Below, one piece after another: positions 37,247 to 50,370 of a DNA stretch of 64,000 nt. Position 1 is the first letter of the stretch, and each line of letters starts with the position of its first letter. Location of the stretch: assembly GCF_988243305.1 (NCBI RefSeq), contig NZ_OZ547136.1. One strand, written 5' to 3'. The notes under the pieces were generated by a model that worked only from the letters and a program-made list of their open reading frames with translations, did not search any database and had not been told where the DNA came from. The position numbers and the translations under genes were made by a program.

Positions 37247-37894
37247 GTGATTCAGACCCTTTTTGATTTTCCCGTTTACTTCAAATTTTTCATCGGGTTA
37301 TTTGCGCTGGTCAACCCGGTAGGGATTATTCCCGTCTTTATCAGCATGACCAGTTATCAGACAGCGGCAGCGCGAAACAAAACTAACCTTACAGCCAACC
37401 TGTCTGTGGCCATTATCTTGTGGATCTCGCTTTTTCTCGGCGACACGATTCTGCAACTTTTTGGTATATCAATTGATTCGTTCCGTATCGCCGGGGGCAT
37501 CCTGGTGGTGACGATAGCGATGTCGATGATCAGCGGCAAGCTTGGCGAGGATAAACAGAACAAGCAAGAAAAATCAGAAACCGCGGTACGTGAAAGCATT
37601 GGTGTGGTGCCACTGGCGTTGCCGTTGATGGCGGGGCCAGGGGCGATCAGTTCTACCATCGTCTGGGGTACGCGTTATCACAGCATTAGCTATCTGTTTG
37701 GTTTCTTTGTGGCTATTGCATTGTTCGCTTTATGTTGCTGGGGATTGTTCCGCATGGCACCGTGGCTGGTACGGGTTTTACGCCAAACCGGCATCAACGT
37801 GATCACGCGTATTATGGGGCTATTGCTGATGGCATTGGGGATTGAATTTATCGTTACTGGTATTAAGGGGATTTTCCCCGGCCTGCTTAATTAA
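37247..37894 (+). CDS. ychE: MarC-family inner membrane protein YchE
   Basis: 215-aa multi-TM ORF in conserved position between adhE and oppA. Confidence 0.9.
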   Translation: MIQTLFDFPVYFKFFIGLFALVNPVGIIPVFISMTSYQTAAARNKTNLTANLSVAIILWISLFLGDTILQLFGISIDSFRIAGGILVVTIAMSMISGKLGEDKQNKQEKSETAVRESIGVVPLALPLMAGPGAISSTIVWGTRYHSISYLFGFFVAIALFALCCWGLFRMAPWLVRVLRQTGINVITRIMGLLLMALGIEFIVTGIKGIFPGLLN

Positions 37895-38631
37895 TTCCTT
37901 TCAAATGAAACGGAGCTGCCATGCTCCGTTTACTTCGTCATTATTTTTACTTTGTTCCGGTGCAGTTATCAAAAGCAAAAGGAATAGGTAAAAATATTCT
38001 TCTCAAATTACAGTTAGTTATAAGGATTTCCTTAACTGCTTCTCCTCACCATCATGTTATTTTCGCCACATCATAATCCTGGGCTTGCTGAAGAATAATT
38101 GAAATGATATTAGTAATTCCACTGCCTTTGGTAGAGGAAAGTGCTAAATAATAATCAATTGTTAAATTATTGTGCATTTCACTACTGGAACTGTAATCAG
38201 AAAAGAGAGACATGCTTAACCAATCTCTATTTGATTGAATTAAAAGATGTTTGTTAAGACATGGATGCAAGCTATAGATTCTGATACGGTCAATAAAAGA
38301 GAATTGCTTAACAATTTTGCAAAATGTATTGGCGAGTAAGAAGCGCATTTGGTACTTTCCGGGCAACCGCCAGACGATTCTTTATTGGTAATGAGAATAA
38401 TTAACAATTAAAGAGCGTCGCGAAAGAATAATGTGTCTCGACAGGGGAGACACAGTACGAATCGACATAAGGTGATCGTCTGAATCACCAGAATAAATAA
38501 AGTCGGTGATAGTAATACGTAACGATAAAGTAACCTGACAGCAGAAAGTCTCCGAGCCTGTGCAGGGTCCCAATCCGGGATTACACATGCTGGTTAATAC
38601 CAGTAATTATAATGAGGGAGTCCAAAAAACA

Positions 38632-40263
38632 ATGACCAACATCACCAAGAGAAGTTTAGTAGCAGCTGGCGTTCTGGCTGCGCTTATGGCAGGGAATGTC
38701 GCGCTGGCAGCTGATGTACCCGCAGGCGTCACACTGGCGGAAAAACAAACGCTGGTACGTAACAATGGTTCAGAAGTTCAGTCATTAGATCCGCACAAAA
38801 TTGAAGGTGTTCCGGAGTCTAATATCAGCCGAGACCTGTTTGAAGGCTTACTGGTCAGCGATCTTGACGGCCATCCGGCACCTGGCGTCGCTGAATCCTG
38901 GGATAATAAAGACGCGAAAGTCTGGACCTTCCATTTGCGTAAAGATGCGAAATGGTCTGATGGCACGCCAGTCACAGCCCAAGACTTTGTGTATAGCTGG
39001 CAACGTTCTGTTGATCCGAACACCGCTTCTCCGTATGCCAGTTATCTGCAATATGGGCATATCGCCGGTATTGATGAAATTCTTGAAGGGAAAAAACCGA
39101 TTACCGATCTCGGCGTGAAAGCTATTGATGATCACACATTAGAAGTCACCTTAAGTGAACCCGTTCCGTACTTCTATAAATTACTTGTTCACCCGTCAAC
39201 TTCACCGGTGCCAAAAGCCGCTATCGAGAAATTCGGCGAAAAATGGACCCAGCCTGGTAATATCGTCACCAACGGTGCCTATACCTTAAAAGATTGGGTC
39301 GTAAACGAACGAATCGTTCTTGAACGCAGCCCGACCTACTGGAACAACGCGAAAACCGTTATTAACCAGGTAACCTATTTGCCTATTGCTTCTGAAGTTA
39401 CCGATGTCAATCGCTACCGTAGTGGTGAAATCGACATGACTTATAACAACATGCCGATCGAATTGTTCCAGAAGCTGAAAAAAGAGATCCCGGACGAAGT
39501 TCACGTTGATCCATACCTGTGCACTTATTATTACGAAATTAACAACCAGAAACCGCCATTTAACGATGTACGTGTGCGTACCGCACTGAAACTGGGTATG
39601 GACCGCGATATCATTGTTAATAAAGTGAAAGCGCAGGGCGACATGCCCGCCTATGGTTACACTCCACCGTATACTGATGGCGCAAAATTGACTCAGCCGG
39701 AATGGTTTGGCTGGAGCCAGGAAAAACGTAACGAAGAAGCAAAAAAACTGCTGGCTGAAGCGGGTTATACCGCAGACAAACCGTTGACCATCAACCTGTT
39801 GTATAACACCTCCGATCTGCATAAAAAGCTGGCGATTGCAGCCTCTTCATTGTGGAAGAAAAACATTGGTGTAAACGTCAAACTGGTTAACCAGGAGTGG
39901 AAAACGTTCCTCGACACCCGTCACCAGGGCACTTTTGATGTGGCCCGTGCAGGCTGGTGTGCAGACTACAACGAACCAACTTCCTTCCTGAACACCATGC
40001 TGTCGAACAGCTCGATGAATACCGCGCATTATAAGAGCCCGGCCTTTGACAGCATTATGGCGGAAACGCTGAAAGCGACTGACGAGGCGCAGCGCACAGC
40101 TCTGTACACTAAAGCAGAACAACAGCTGGATAAGGATTCGGCCATTGTTCCTGTTTATTACTACGTGAATGCGCGTCTGGTGAAACCGTGGGTTGGTGGC
40201 TATACCGGCAAAGATCCGCTGGATAATACCTACACCCGGAATATGTACATTGTGAAGCACTAA
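38632..40263 (+). CDS. oppA: oligopeptide ABC transporter periplasmic binding protein
   Basis: Track ORF 38560-40263; ATG at 38632 gives MTNITKRSLVAAGVLAALMAGNVALAADVPAGV..., the 543-aa OppA precursor. Confidence 0.97.
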   Translation: MTNITKRSLVAAGVLAALMAGNVALAADVPAGVTLAEKQTLVRNNGSEVQSLDPHKIEGVPESNISRDLFEGLLVSDLDGHPAPGVAESWDNKDAKVWTFHLRKDAKWSDGTPVTAQDFVYSWQRSVDPNTASPYASYLQYGHIAGIDEILEGKKPITDLGVKAIDDHTLEVTLSEPVPYFYKLLVHPSTSPVPKAAIEKFGEKWTQPGNIVTNGAYTLKDWVVNERIVLERSPTYWNNAKTVINQVTYLPIASEVTDVNRYRSGEIDMTYNNMPIELFQKLKKEIPDEVHVDPYLCTYYYEINNQKPPFNDVRVRTALKLGMDRDIIVNKVKAQGDMPAYGYTPPYTDGAKLTQPEWFGWSQEKRNEEAKKLLAEAGYTADKPLTINLLYNTSDLHKKLAIAASSLWKKNIGVNVKLVNQEWKTFLDTRHQGTFDVARAGWCADYNEPTSFLNTMLSNSSMNTAHYKSPAFDSIMAETLKATDEAQRTALYTKAEQQLDKDSAIVPVYYYVNARLVKPWVGGYTGKDPLDNTYTRNMYIVKH

Positions 40264-40348
40264 TGGCAATACGTGGGGCAGGCGTGTCCTGCTCCACGGT
40301 GTCTGATTTTTATCGCATTACAGAAGGCACAGGCCAGAAGGTAGGGCA

Positions 40349-41269
40349 ATGTTAAAATTTATTCTACGTCGCTGTCTGGAAGCGATTCCGACGCTATTTA
40401 TTCTTATTACTATTTCGTTCTTCATGATGCGCCTCGCGCCGGGAAGCCCTTTTACCGGCGAACGTACTTTACCGCCAGAAGTGATGGCCAATATCGAAGC
40501 GAAATATCATCTTAATGATCCGATCATGACACAGTATTTCAGCTACCTGAAACAACTGGCGCATGGCGATTTCGGTCCATCGTTTAAATATAAAGATTAT
40601 TCGGTCAACGACCTGGTTGCATCCAGTTTTCCCGTTTCTGCCAAACTGGGAGCCGCAGCATTTTTCCTTGCGGTAATACTGGGTGTTAGTGCTGGCGTTA
40701 TTGCCGCATTAAAACAAAACACCAAATGGGACTATACCGTGATGGGGCTGGCAATGACCGGGGTTGTTATCCCTAGTTTTGTGGTTGCGCCATTATTAGT
40801 CATGATATTTGCGATCATTTTGCATTGGCTGCCGGGCGGTGGCTGGAATGGTGGGGCGCTTAAATTCATGATATTGCCGATGGTGGCGTTGTCACTCGCC
40901 TATATCGCCAGTATTGCGCGTATTACCCGTGGCTCTATGATTGAGGTTTTACACTCCAACTTTATTCGTACTGCCCGGGCGAAAGGGTTACCTATGCGGC
41001 GGATCATTTTACGCCACGCATTAAAACCTGCTCTGTTACCCGTGCTCTCCTATATGGGCCCCGCATTTGTCGGCATTATTACCGGTTCTATGGTTATCGA
41101 AACCATTTATGGTTTGCCGGGGATTGGGCAACTGTTCGTTAATGGCGCATTGAACCGTGACTATTCCTTAGTGTTAAGCCTGACTATCCTGGTTGGTGCG
41201 TTAACCATTTTGTTTAATGCCATTGTCGATGTGCTATATGCGGTTATCGACCCGAAAATCCGTTACTGA
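40349..41269 (+). CDS. oppB: oligopeptide ABC transporter permease
   Basis: 306-aa multi-TM ORF, second gene of opp operon. Confidence 0.96.
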   Translation: MLKFILRRCLEAIPTLFILITISFFMMRLAPGSPFTGERTLPPEVMANIEAKYHLNDPIMTQYFSYLKQLAHGDFGPSFKYKDYSVNDLVASSFPVSAKLGAAAFFLAVILGVSAGVIAALKQNTKWDYTVMGLAMTGVVIPSFVVAPLLVMIFAIILHWLPGGGWNGGALKFMILPMVALSLAYIASIARITRGSMIEVLHSNFIRTARAKGLPMRRIILRHALKPALLPVLSYMGPAFVGIITGSMVIETIYGLPGIGQLFVNGALNRDYSLVLSLTILVGALTILFNAIVDVLYAVIDPKIRY

Positions 41270-41283
41270 TACTGGAGCTCGCG

Positions 41284-42192
41284 ATGATGTTAAGTAAGAA
41301 AAACAGCGAGACGCTGGAAAATTTCAGTGAAAAGCTGGAGGTCGAAGGGCGCAGCTTGTGGCAGGACGCACGTCGACGTTTTATGCATAACCGTGCGGCG
41401 GTTGCCAGTCTGATAGTGCTGGTGCTGATCGCGTTATTTGTAATCCTGGCACCGATGCTTTCGCAGTTTGCCTATGACGATACTGACTGGGCGATGATGT
41501 CCAGCGCCCCGGATATGGAGTCCGGTCACTACTTTGGTACTGACTCATCCGGTCGCGACCTGCTTGTACGCGTTGCGATTGGCGGGCGTATCTCACTCAT
41601 GGTCGGTGTTGCTGCGGCACTGGTGGCTGTGGTCGTCGGGACACTTTATGGTTCGCTTTCCGGTTATCTGGGCGGTAAAGTGGATTCGGTAATGATGCGT
41701 CTGCTGGAAATCCTCAACTCCTTCCCATTCATGTTCTTCGTCATTTTGCTGGTGACCTTTTTCGGTCAAAACATCCTGCTGATTTTCGTGGCGATAGGCA
41801 TGGTTTCCTGGCTGGATATGGCTCGTATTGTGCGTGGGCAAACCCTGAGTCTGAAGCGCAAAGAGTTTATTGAGGCGGCACAAGTTGGCGGTGTATCGAC
41901 GTCGGGCATTGTTATTCGCCACATTGTGCCGAATGTACTCGGTGTGGTGGTGGTCTACGCATCACTTCTGGTGCCCAGCATGATCCTCTTTGAATCTTTC
42001 CTTAGCTTCCTGGGGTTGGGTACGCAAGAGCCGTTAAGCAGCTGGGGTGCATTGCTGAGTGATGGCGCGAACTCGATGGAAGTCTCTCCATGGTTACTGT
42101 TGTTCCCAGCGGGATTCCTCGTGGTGACGCTGTTTTGTTTCAACTTTATCGGCGATGGCTTGCGTGATGCCCTCGACCCGAAAGATCGTTAA
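41284..42192 (+). CDS. oppC: oligopeptide ABC transporter permease
   Basis: 302-aa multi-TM ORF, third gene of opp operon. Confidence 0.96.
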   Translation: MMLSKKNSETLENFSEKLEVEGRSLWQDARRRFMHNRAAVASLIVLVLIALFVILAPMLSQFAYDDTDWAMMSSAPDMESGHYFGTDSSGRDLLVRVAIGGRISLMVGVAAALVAVVVGTLYGSLSGYLGGKVDSVMMRLLEILNSFPFMFFVILLVTFFGQNILLIFVAIGMVSWLDMARIVRGQTLSLKRKEFIEAAQVGGVSTSGIVIRHIVPNVLGVVVVYASLLVPSMILFESFLSFLGLGTQEPLSSWGALLSDGANSMEVSPWLLLFPAGFLVVTLFCFNFIGDGLRDALDPKDR

Positions 42193-42203
42193 GGAGTGCA
42201 GCC

Positions 42204-43217
42204 ATGAGCGTAATTGAAACTGCAACTGTGCCGCTCGCACAACAACAGGCTGACGCACTGCTGAACGTGAAAGATTTGCGTGTCACCTTTAGTACCCCGG
42301 ACGGCGACGTCACGGCGGTCAATGATTTGAATTTTTCCCTACGTGCCGGAGAAACGCTGGGCATTGTAGGTGAGTCTGGTTCGGGTAAATCGCAAACTGC
42401 ATTTGCGTTGATGGGCCTGTTGGCTGCCAACGGACGTATTGGCGGATCGGCAACCTTCAATGGGCGTGAAATCCTCAATTTGCCAGAGCATGAACTCAAT
42501 AAACTGCGCGCTGAACAAATCTCAATGATTTTTCAGGACCCAATGACTTCGTTGAATCCCTATATGCGTGTCGGTGAGCAGTTGATGGAAGTGCTGATGC
42601 TGCATAAGAACATGAGCAAAGCTGAGGCGTTTGAAGAGTCGGTGCGGATGCTCGATGCGGTAAAAATGCCGGAAGCGCGTAAACGCATGAAAATGTACCC
42701 GCACGAATTTTCTGGCGGCATGCGTCAGCGAGTCATGATTGCGATGGCATTGCTATGTCGACCTAAGCTGCTGATTGCGGATGAACCCACTACTGCGCTG
42801 GACGTCACCGTACAGGCACAGATCATGACGCTATTAAATGAACTGAAGCGGGAATTTAATACCGCCATCATTATGATCACCCACGATCTTGGCGTGGTGG
42901 CGGGGATCTGCGACAAAGTGCTGGTAATGTACGCCGGGCGCACGATGGAATATGGCAATGCGCGCGATGTCTTTTATCAACCCGTTCATCCTTATTCTAT
43001 CGGTTTGCTCAACGCGGTGCCGCGTCTTGATGCGGAAGGTGAAACAATGTTGACCATCCCGGGTAATCCGCCAAACTTGCTGCGATTACCGAAAGGTTGC
43101 CCGTTCCAGCCACGTTGTCCGCATGCGATGGAAATTTGTAGTAGCGCACCGCCGCTGGAAGAGTTTACGCCTGGCCGTCTGCGTGCTTGCTTTAAACCGG
43201 TGGAGGAACTGTTATGA
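42204..43217 (+). CDS. oppD: oligopeptide ABC transporter ATP-binding protein
   Basis: 337-aa ORF with Walker A GESGSGKS and ABC signature FSGGMRQR. Confidence 0.96.
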   Translation: MSVIETATVPLAQQQADALLNVKDLRVTFSTPDGDVTAVNDLNFSLRAGETLGIVGESGSGKSQTAFALMGLLAANGRIGGSATFNGREILNLPEHELNKLRAEQISMIFQDPMTSLNPYMRVGEQLMEVLMLHKNMSKAEAFEESVRMLDAVKMPEARKRMKMYPHEFSGGMRQRVMIAMALLCRPKLLIADEPTTALDVTVQAQIMTLLNELKREFNTAIIMITHDLGVVAGICDKVLVMYAGRTMEYGNARDVFYQPVHPYSIGLLNAVPRLDAEGETMLTIPGNPPNLLRLPKGCPFQPRCPHAMEICSSAPPLEEFTPGRLRACFKPVEELL

Positions 43218-44218
43218 ATGCTGTAACTGAAGGAAGAAAAGTCCTCCTTGAAATCGCCGATCTGAAAGTGCACTTTGAAATCAAAGATGGCAAACAGTGG
43301 TTCTGGCAACCGCCGAAAACGCTCAAAGCCGTCGATGGTGTCACTCTTCGCCTGTATGAAGGGGAAACTTTAGGTGTGGTAGGGGAATCGGGATGCGGTA
43401 AGTCCACCTTTGCTCGCGCCATCATCGGTTTGGTCAAGGCGACCGACGGTCATGTTGCCTGGTTAGGTAAAGAGTTGCTGGGCATGAAGCCCGATGAATG
43501 GCGTGCCGTTCGCAGTGATATTCAGATGATTTTCCAGGATCCGTTGGCATCGCTTAACCCGCGTATGACCATCGGCGAGATCATCGCTGAACCACTGCGT
43601 ACTTATCATCCGAAAATGTCACGCCAGGAAGTTCGCGAGCGCGTGAAGGCGATGATGCTGAAAGTCGGGTTATTGCCTAACCTGATTAACCGCTATCCGC
43701 ATGAGTTCTCTGGTGGGCAGTGCCAGCGTATCGGGATTGCTCGTGCTCTTATTCTTGAACCGAAGCTGATTATCTGTGATGAGCCGGTGTCGGCGCTGGA
43801 CGTGTCAATTCAGGCGCAGGTGGTCAACCTGCTCCAGCAGCTGCAACGCGAGATGGGATTGTCATTAATTTTTATCGCTCACGACCTGGCCGTGGTAAAA
43901 CACATTTCCGATCGTGTGCTGGTGATGTATCTCGGCCATGCGGTAGAACTGGGGACCTATGATGAGGTCTACCACAATCCACTACATCCTTACACCCGGG
44001 CATTGATGTCGGCAGTCCCCATACCTGATCCGGATCTGGAGAAGAACAAAACCATCCAGTTACTGGAAGGGGAATTACCGTCGCCGATCAACCCGCCTTC
44101 CGGTTGTGTTTTCCGTACCCGTTGCCCGATTGCCGGTCCGGAGTGCGCCAAAACACGTCCTGTTCTGGAGGGGAGTTTCAGACACGCCGTTTCTTGCCTG
44201 AAAGTCGATCCGCTTTAA
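43214..44218 (+). CDS. oppF: oligopeptide ABC transporter ATP-binding protein
   Basis: 334-aa ORF with Walker A GESGCGKST and signature FSGGQCQR; overlaps oppD stop. Confidence 0.96.
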   Translation: MNAVTEGRKVLLEIADLKVHFEIKDGKQWFWQPPKTLKAVDGVTLRLYEGETLGVVGESGCGKSTFARAIIGLVKATDGHVAWLGKELLGMKPDEWRAVRSDIQMIFQDPLASLNPRMTIGEIIAEPLRTYHPKMSRQEVRERVKAMMLKVGLLPNLINRYPHEFSGGQCQRIGIARALILEPKLIICDEPVSALDVSIQAQVVNLLQQLQREMGLSLIFIAHDLAVVKHISDRVLVMYLGHAVELGTYDEVYHNPLHPYTRALMSAVPIPDPDLEKNKTIQLLEGELPSPINPPSGCVFRTRCPIAGPECAKTRPVLEGSFRHAVSCLKVDPL

Positions 44219-44270
44219 ACACAATAAGGGCTGACAGTTGTCAGCCCTTTTTCACGCCGAAAGCGATTAT

Positions 44271-46095
<1,825 letters not shown>

Positions 46096-46237
46096 AGATT
46101 AGAAATCCTTTTGAAAGCGCATTGTTATGAGTTTACCCATATGGATTCATCTGGCAAATAAAAACGCGGGAAAAGCACTGGTCAGCGTCGGGGGCGGAGG
46201 TATAATGACCATTCTGTTATTGCATAGAGTAGTTAAC

Positions 46238-46411
46238 ATGAAGCGGAGTAGAACGGAAGTGGGGCGCTGGCGCATGCAGCGTCAGGCTAGCCGACGTAAA
46301 TCGCGTTGGCTTGAGGGGCAGTCGCGCCGAAATATGCGTATCCACAGCATCAGGAAGTGCATTCTAAACAAACAGCGTAACTCGTTATTGTTTGCGATCT
46401 ACAATATCTAA
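46238..46411 (+). CDS. yciY: small basic protein YciY
   Basis: 57-aa ORF MKRSRTEVGRWRMQRQASRRKSRWLEGQSRRNMRIHSIRKC... within track ORF 46127-46411; matches the small yciY gene between cls and kch. Confidence 0.7.
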   Translation: MKRSRTEVGRWRMQRQASRRKSRWLEGQSRRNMRIHSIRKCILNKQRNSLLFAIYNI

Positions 46412-46465
46412 ATGTACTGGGCACCATTGCGGTGCCCAATAAGTTTACTCTTCCGTCTTTAAAGT

Positions 46466-47719
46466 CTATTTTTGCGCCGATTCTTTATTGTCAGCTTTCG
46501 TTTCTTGTTCATCGTTATCGCTGAAAATACCATGACCGGAGTTCAACAACATTGAAACGAGCATATCATTATTAATCTCTTCACCATTTAAAACTCGCGC
46601 CAGAATTTCGCTGCCAAACAGTTGCGGTGAGAGAATGATATCCGGATGTACCATCTTAATCTTATTCAGGTTTTTGCTATCACTGACGGCGAGAACTGTT
46701 TTGACATCACTGCTCATATCTTTTGCCGAGAGTACAACAAACGCGTTATCTGCATCGTTATCACTCAGCGCCAGAATGGCCCGGCATCGATCGATTCCTG
46801 CTTTCTTTAATACTGAACTGTCATTACTGTCACCGGGGATAACATCAGCGTTATCACCTAAGCGTTGCTCAAGTTGCTTGATATCATCTTCAGGCAAATT
46901 GCTGATAACCGTTACGTTTTGTCCGCGTTGATTCAGTTGCAGAATCGTATTGATGGCGAGAATCGAATGTCCGCAAACAATAAAATGATCTTTACGATGC
47001 ATTGTATGATTGTTTCCTTTTACAAGTTTGTTGAATCCCCCGCGGATAAGCGGACCAAAAATTGAAGTCATGGAGGTGGCAAAAACGGTAATGCCGGAAA
47101 TAATGACCGAAATAGTGAACAATCGTGCTGATTCAGAAACAGGGACAATATCGCCATAGCCGACGGTTGACATGGTTTCTATCGAAAAATAGAACGCGGT
47201 CATCAAACTTTCTATTCGCGGATTAAAACCTTCGCTTAAATAAAGCGCACCGTAGGTGGAGTAAAAAAGTAACGTCGTGAAACTAATAAATGCGAAAATT
47301 GTCCCGGCTGCGGCGCTACTGTGGGAGAAGTCTTTGCGCAGTATCAGCAAAAACACCAGCGTAAAAATGCAAAATCCAATACTAAATTTCAGCCAGGGAT
47401 AAAAATGCAGGGTGTAAATTAGCGCTATCAACAACAAAATGATACTGATTGCCCATGCCAGCTTTGCCCGGAACAGTAAGCCAATGGAGTTCAGGACAAG
47501 AAAGACGCCGAGCATAAAGAGTGGGGCGTTTGCCAGCAAGGAGAGATCCAACTCTGAAAATGCTTTGATATGGAAAATATCAAGCAAATTGACCGACATA
47601 CCATAGATTGTTTTAAAAATAAGCAATCCATTTAAAAAGACGGCCAGCGCGAGAATGTCGTGCCGTAGGGTCACCCATAAATTTGTTGCTGTTTGTTTGA
47701 ATGTAGCCCAGTGACTCAC
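46466..47719 (-). CDS. kch: voltage-gated potassium channel Kch
   Basis: Track ORF 46466-47737; GTG at 47719 gives (M)SHWATFKQTATNLWVTL..., 417 aa, with K+ selectivity filter TVGYGD and RCK domain. Confidence 0.93.
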   Translation of the reverse strand: MSHWATFKQTATNLWVTLRHDILALAVFLNGLLIFKTIYGMSVNLLDIFHIKAFSELDLSLLANAPLFMLGVFLVLNSIGLLFRAKLAWAISIILLLIALIYTLHFYPWLKFSIGFCIFTLVFLLILRKDFSHSSAAAGTIFAFISFTTLLFYSTYGALYLSEGFNPRIESLMTAFYFSIETMSTVGYGDIVPVSESARLFTISVIISGITVFATSMTSIFGPLIRGGFNKLVKGNNHTMHRKDHFIVCGHSILAINTILQLNQRGQNVTVISNLPEDDIKQLEQRLGDNADVIPGDSNDSSVLKKAGIDRCRAILALSDNDADNAFVVLSAKDMSSDVKTVLAVSDSKNLNKIKMVHPDIILSPQLFGSEILARVLNGEEINNDMLVSMLLNSGHGIFSDNDEQETKADNKESAQK

Positions 47720-48019
47720 TGATACCTCTGTAACCACAATTTTGTTTAATTATCTCAACGTGCACATTTTCTGAACATACATGCGGCACGTGAATGTGTT
47801 AAACAATAGTAGATGACTTTATCCGCAGTAATCAAAGGTTTTGAGTGAGCAACTCTGCGTCAGGAAAGGGCATTTTTCCTGAATATGCTCACATCATATA
47901 AAGAAATACAGATAAAGTTATTATCTGCTTGTGGGGGGGAATGCACTGACCGACCTATAAGGAAAGGCCAAACAAGAACACGGTTGCAAAAACCGTGCCC
48001 TTAAATATTGAATCTCTAT

Positions 48020-48316
48020 TCAGAACACTTTCTTAAATGGTTTCACTGAAACGTGTTCATAGACTCCTGCCGCTACGTACGGGTCAGCATCGGCCCAGGC
48101 CTGAGCTGCTTCCAGCGATTCAAATTCAGCAATAACGGTTGAGCCAGTAAATCCCGCAGCCCCTGGATCGTTACTGTCTACTGCTGGCATTGGACCGGCG
48201 GTCAACAAACGACCTTCATCATGCAGTAACTGTAAACGTGCTAAATGTGCCGGACGAACGGAAAGGCGTTTTTCGAGGCTATCAGCTTTGTCTTGAGCGT
48301 AAATAACATACAACAC
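48020..48316 (-). CDS. yciI: YciI-like protein (Dabb fold)
   Basis: Track ORF 48020-48412; GTG at 48316 gives (M)[24 protein letters not shown]..., 98 aa. Confidence 0.88.
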
Positions 48317-48469
48317 GGGCACAACTCCTTGTTCGGGAAAGTTGTAAAGTACGTTATTTGAAAGGGCGAAGATCTGCAACGGAAAGATGATGTCTTTGTT
48401 AAGACCATGCATAAAGTAAGGTCAATTACGCCAAAAATGACATTTTCACTGATCCTGATCGTCTTGCCT

Positions 48470-48495
48470 TATTGAATATGATTGCTATTTGCATT
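48470..48495 (+). promoter_or_regulatory. putative Fur box in tonB promoter
   Basis: GAATATGATTGCTATTTGC resembles the Fur consensus, about 50 bp upstream of the tonB ATG; tonB is known to be Fur-regulated. Confidence 0.5.
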
Positions 48496-48539
48496 TAAAA
48501 TCGAGGCCTGGTTTTTCTACTGAAATGATTATGACTTCA

Positions 48540-49259
48540 ATGACCCTTGATTTACCTCGCCGCTTCCCCTGGCCGACGTTACTTTCGGTCTGCATTCATG
48601 GTGCTGTTGTGGCGGGTCTGCTCTATACCTCGGTACATCAGGTTATTGAACTACCTGCGCCTGCGCAGCCAATTTCTGTCACGATGGTTGCGCCTGCGGA
48701 TCTCGAACCGCCACAAGCCGTTCAGCCGCCACCGGAGCCGGTGGTAGAGCCAGAACCGGAACCTGAGCCGATCCCCGAACCGCCAAAAGAAGCACCGGTG
48801 GTCATTGAAAAGCCGAAGCCGAAACCTAAGCCAAAACCGAAGCCGGTGAAAAAGGTACAGGAACAGCCAAAACGCGATGTCAAACCCGTAGAGTCGCGTC
48901 CGGCATCACCGTTTGAAAATACGGCGCCCGCGCGCCCGACATCAAGTACGGCGACGGCTGCAACCAGCAAGCCGGTTACCAGTGTGGCTTCAGGACCACG
49001 CGCATTAAGCCGTAATCAGCCGCAGTATCCGGCACGAGCACAGGCATTGCGCATTGAAGGGCAGGTTAAAGTTAAATTTGACGTCACGCCGGATGGTCGC
49101 GTGGATAACGTACAAATCCTCTCAGCCAAGCCTGCGAATATGTTTGAGCGTGAGGTGAAAAATGCGATGCGCAGATGGCGTTATGAGCCGGGTAAGCCAG
49201 GCAGTGGGATTGTGGTGAATATCCTGTTTAAAATTAACGGCACCACCGAAATTCAGTAA
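48540..49259 (+). CDS. tonB: energy transducer TonB
   Basis: Track ORF 48489-49259; ATG at 48540 gives [28 protein letters not shown]..., 239 aa, with Pro-Glu and Pro-Lys repeats ([16 protein letters not shown]). Confidence 0.96.
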   Translation: MTLDLPRRFPWPTLLSVCIHGAVVAGLLYTSVHQVIELPAPAQPISVTMVAPADLEPPQAVQPPPEPVVEPEPEPEPIPEPPKEAPVVIEKPKPKPKPKPKPVKKVQEQPKRDVKPVESRPASPFENTAPARPTSSTATAATSKPVTSVASGPRALSRNQPQYPARAQALRIEGQVKVKFDVTPDGRVDNVQILSAKPANMFEREVKNAMRRWRYEPGKPGSGIVVNILFKINGTTEIQ

Positions 49260-49298
49260 GCATAAAGTCAAAAGCCTCCGACCGGAGGCTTTTGATTA

Positions 49299-49697
49299 TT
49301 ACTCAACAGGTAAGGCGCGAGGTTTTCCTTCAGGATCAACCGCGACATACTTAAATAATGCTTCTGTCGCTTTATAGCGTTGCCCAATGGGTTCAGACGC
49401 GACTTTTTTCACCCACACTTCAATATTAATGCTAACCGATGTCGTCCCTTTCTGGACACAGCGTGCATAGCAGCACACCACATCGCCGACCGCAACCGGT
49501 CGTAAGAAAGTCATTCCTTCAACCCGCACGGTCACTACGCGACCGTGGGCAATTTCTTTCGCCAGAATAGCGCCGCCAATATCCATTTGTGACATTAACC
49601 AACCACCAAAGATGTCACCATTGGCATTGGTATCGGCGGGCATGGCTAAAGTACGTAAAACAAGATCGCCCTGAGGGACGTTATGTGTTGTAGACAT
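49299..49697 (-). CDS. yciA: acyl-CoA thioesterase YciA
   Basis: 132-aa hotdog-fold ORF MSTTHNVPQGDLVLRTLAMPADTNANGDIFGGWLMSQMD... Confidence 0.93.
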   Translation of the reverse strand: MSTTHNVPQGDLVLRTLAMPADTNANGDIFGGWLMSQMDIGGAILAKEIAHGRVVTVRVEGMTFLRPVAVGDVVCCYARCVQKGTTSVSINIEVWVKKVASEPIGQRYKATEALFKYVAVDPEGKPRALPVE

Positions 49698-49801
49698 GGT
49701 AAAACCGACTTAAAAGGAAAATCACAGGCGCGATGCTACTATGATTTTCCTGAGGAGAACAGAGGAGATACAGCGCCAGCCCCGAAGGACTGGCAGTCTG
49801 G

Positions 49802-50341
49802 TTAGGATTTATCTTCCTGCGGCATGTGGCGGTAGATATAGATACCGCTTAACAATGTGAAGATTAAGGTAAGGGCGGTCAGGCCAAAGACTTTAAAGTT
49901 GACCCAAATATTTTGCGGCAGCCAGAATGCGATGTAGATGTTTGCCAGACCGCAAAGGATAAAGAAAACAGCCCAGGCCAGATTCAGCTTCGACCATACC
50001 GGTTGCGGCAGCGTGAGTTCTTTACCCAGCATCCGCTGAATTAGCGGCTTTTTCATCACCCATTGGCTGACTAACAGGGCACCCGCAAACAGGGCATAAA
50101 TGACAGTAACCTTCCATTTAATAAACTCATCATTGTGGAAGAACAGGGTCAAGCCACCGAAGACGACCACCAGAACAAAAGTGATCAGGGCCATCTTCTC
50201 AACCTTACGAAAGCGAACCCAGCTATATATAAGCACAATCGCCGTGGCGACGATCAGCGCCGCAGTAGCCGCATAGATGTCATAAATCTTGTAAAACGCG
50301 AAAAAGACAACCAGCGGTAAAAAATCAAGAAACTGCTTCAT
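49802..50341 (-). CDS. yciB: inner membrane protein YciB (intracellular septation protein A)
   Basis: 179-aa multi-TM ORF in conserved position. Confidence 0.92.
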   Translation of the reverse strand: MKQFLDFLPLVVFFAFYKIYDIYAATAALIVATAIVLIYSWVRFRKVEKMALITFVLVVVFGGLTLFFHNDEFIKWKVTVIYALFAGALLVSQWVMKKPLIQRMLGKELTLPQPVWSKLNLAWAVFFILCGLANIYIAFWLPQNIWVNFKVFGLTALTLIFTLLSGIYIYRHMPQEDKS

Positions 50342-50370
50342 TTTACGATTCCGTAATCAAATGCTTAAGG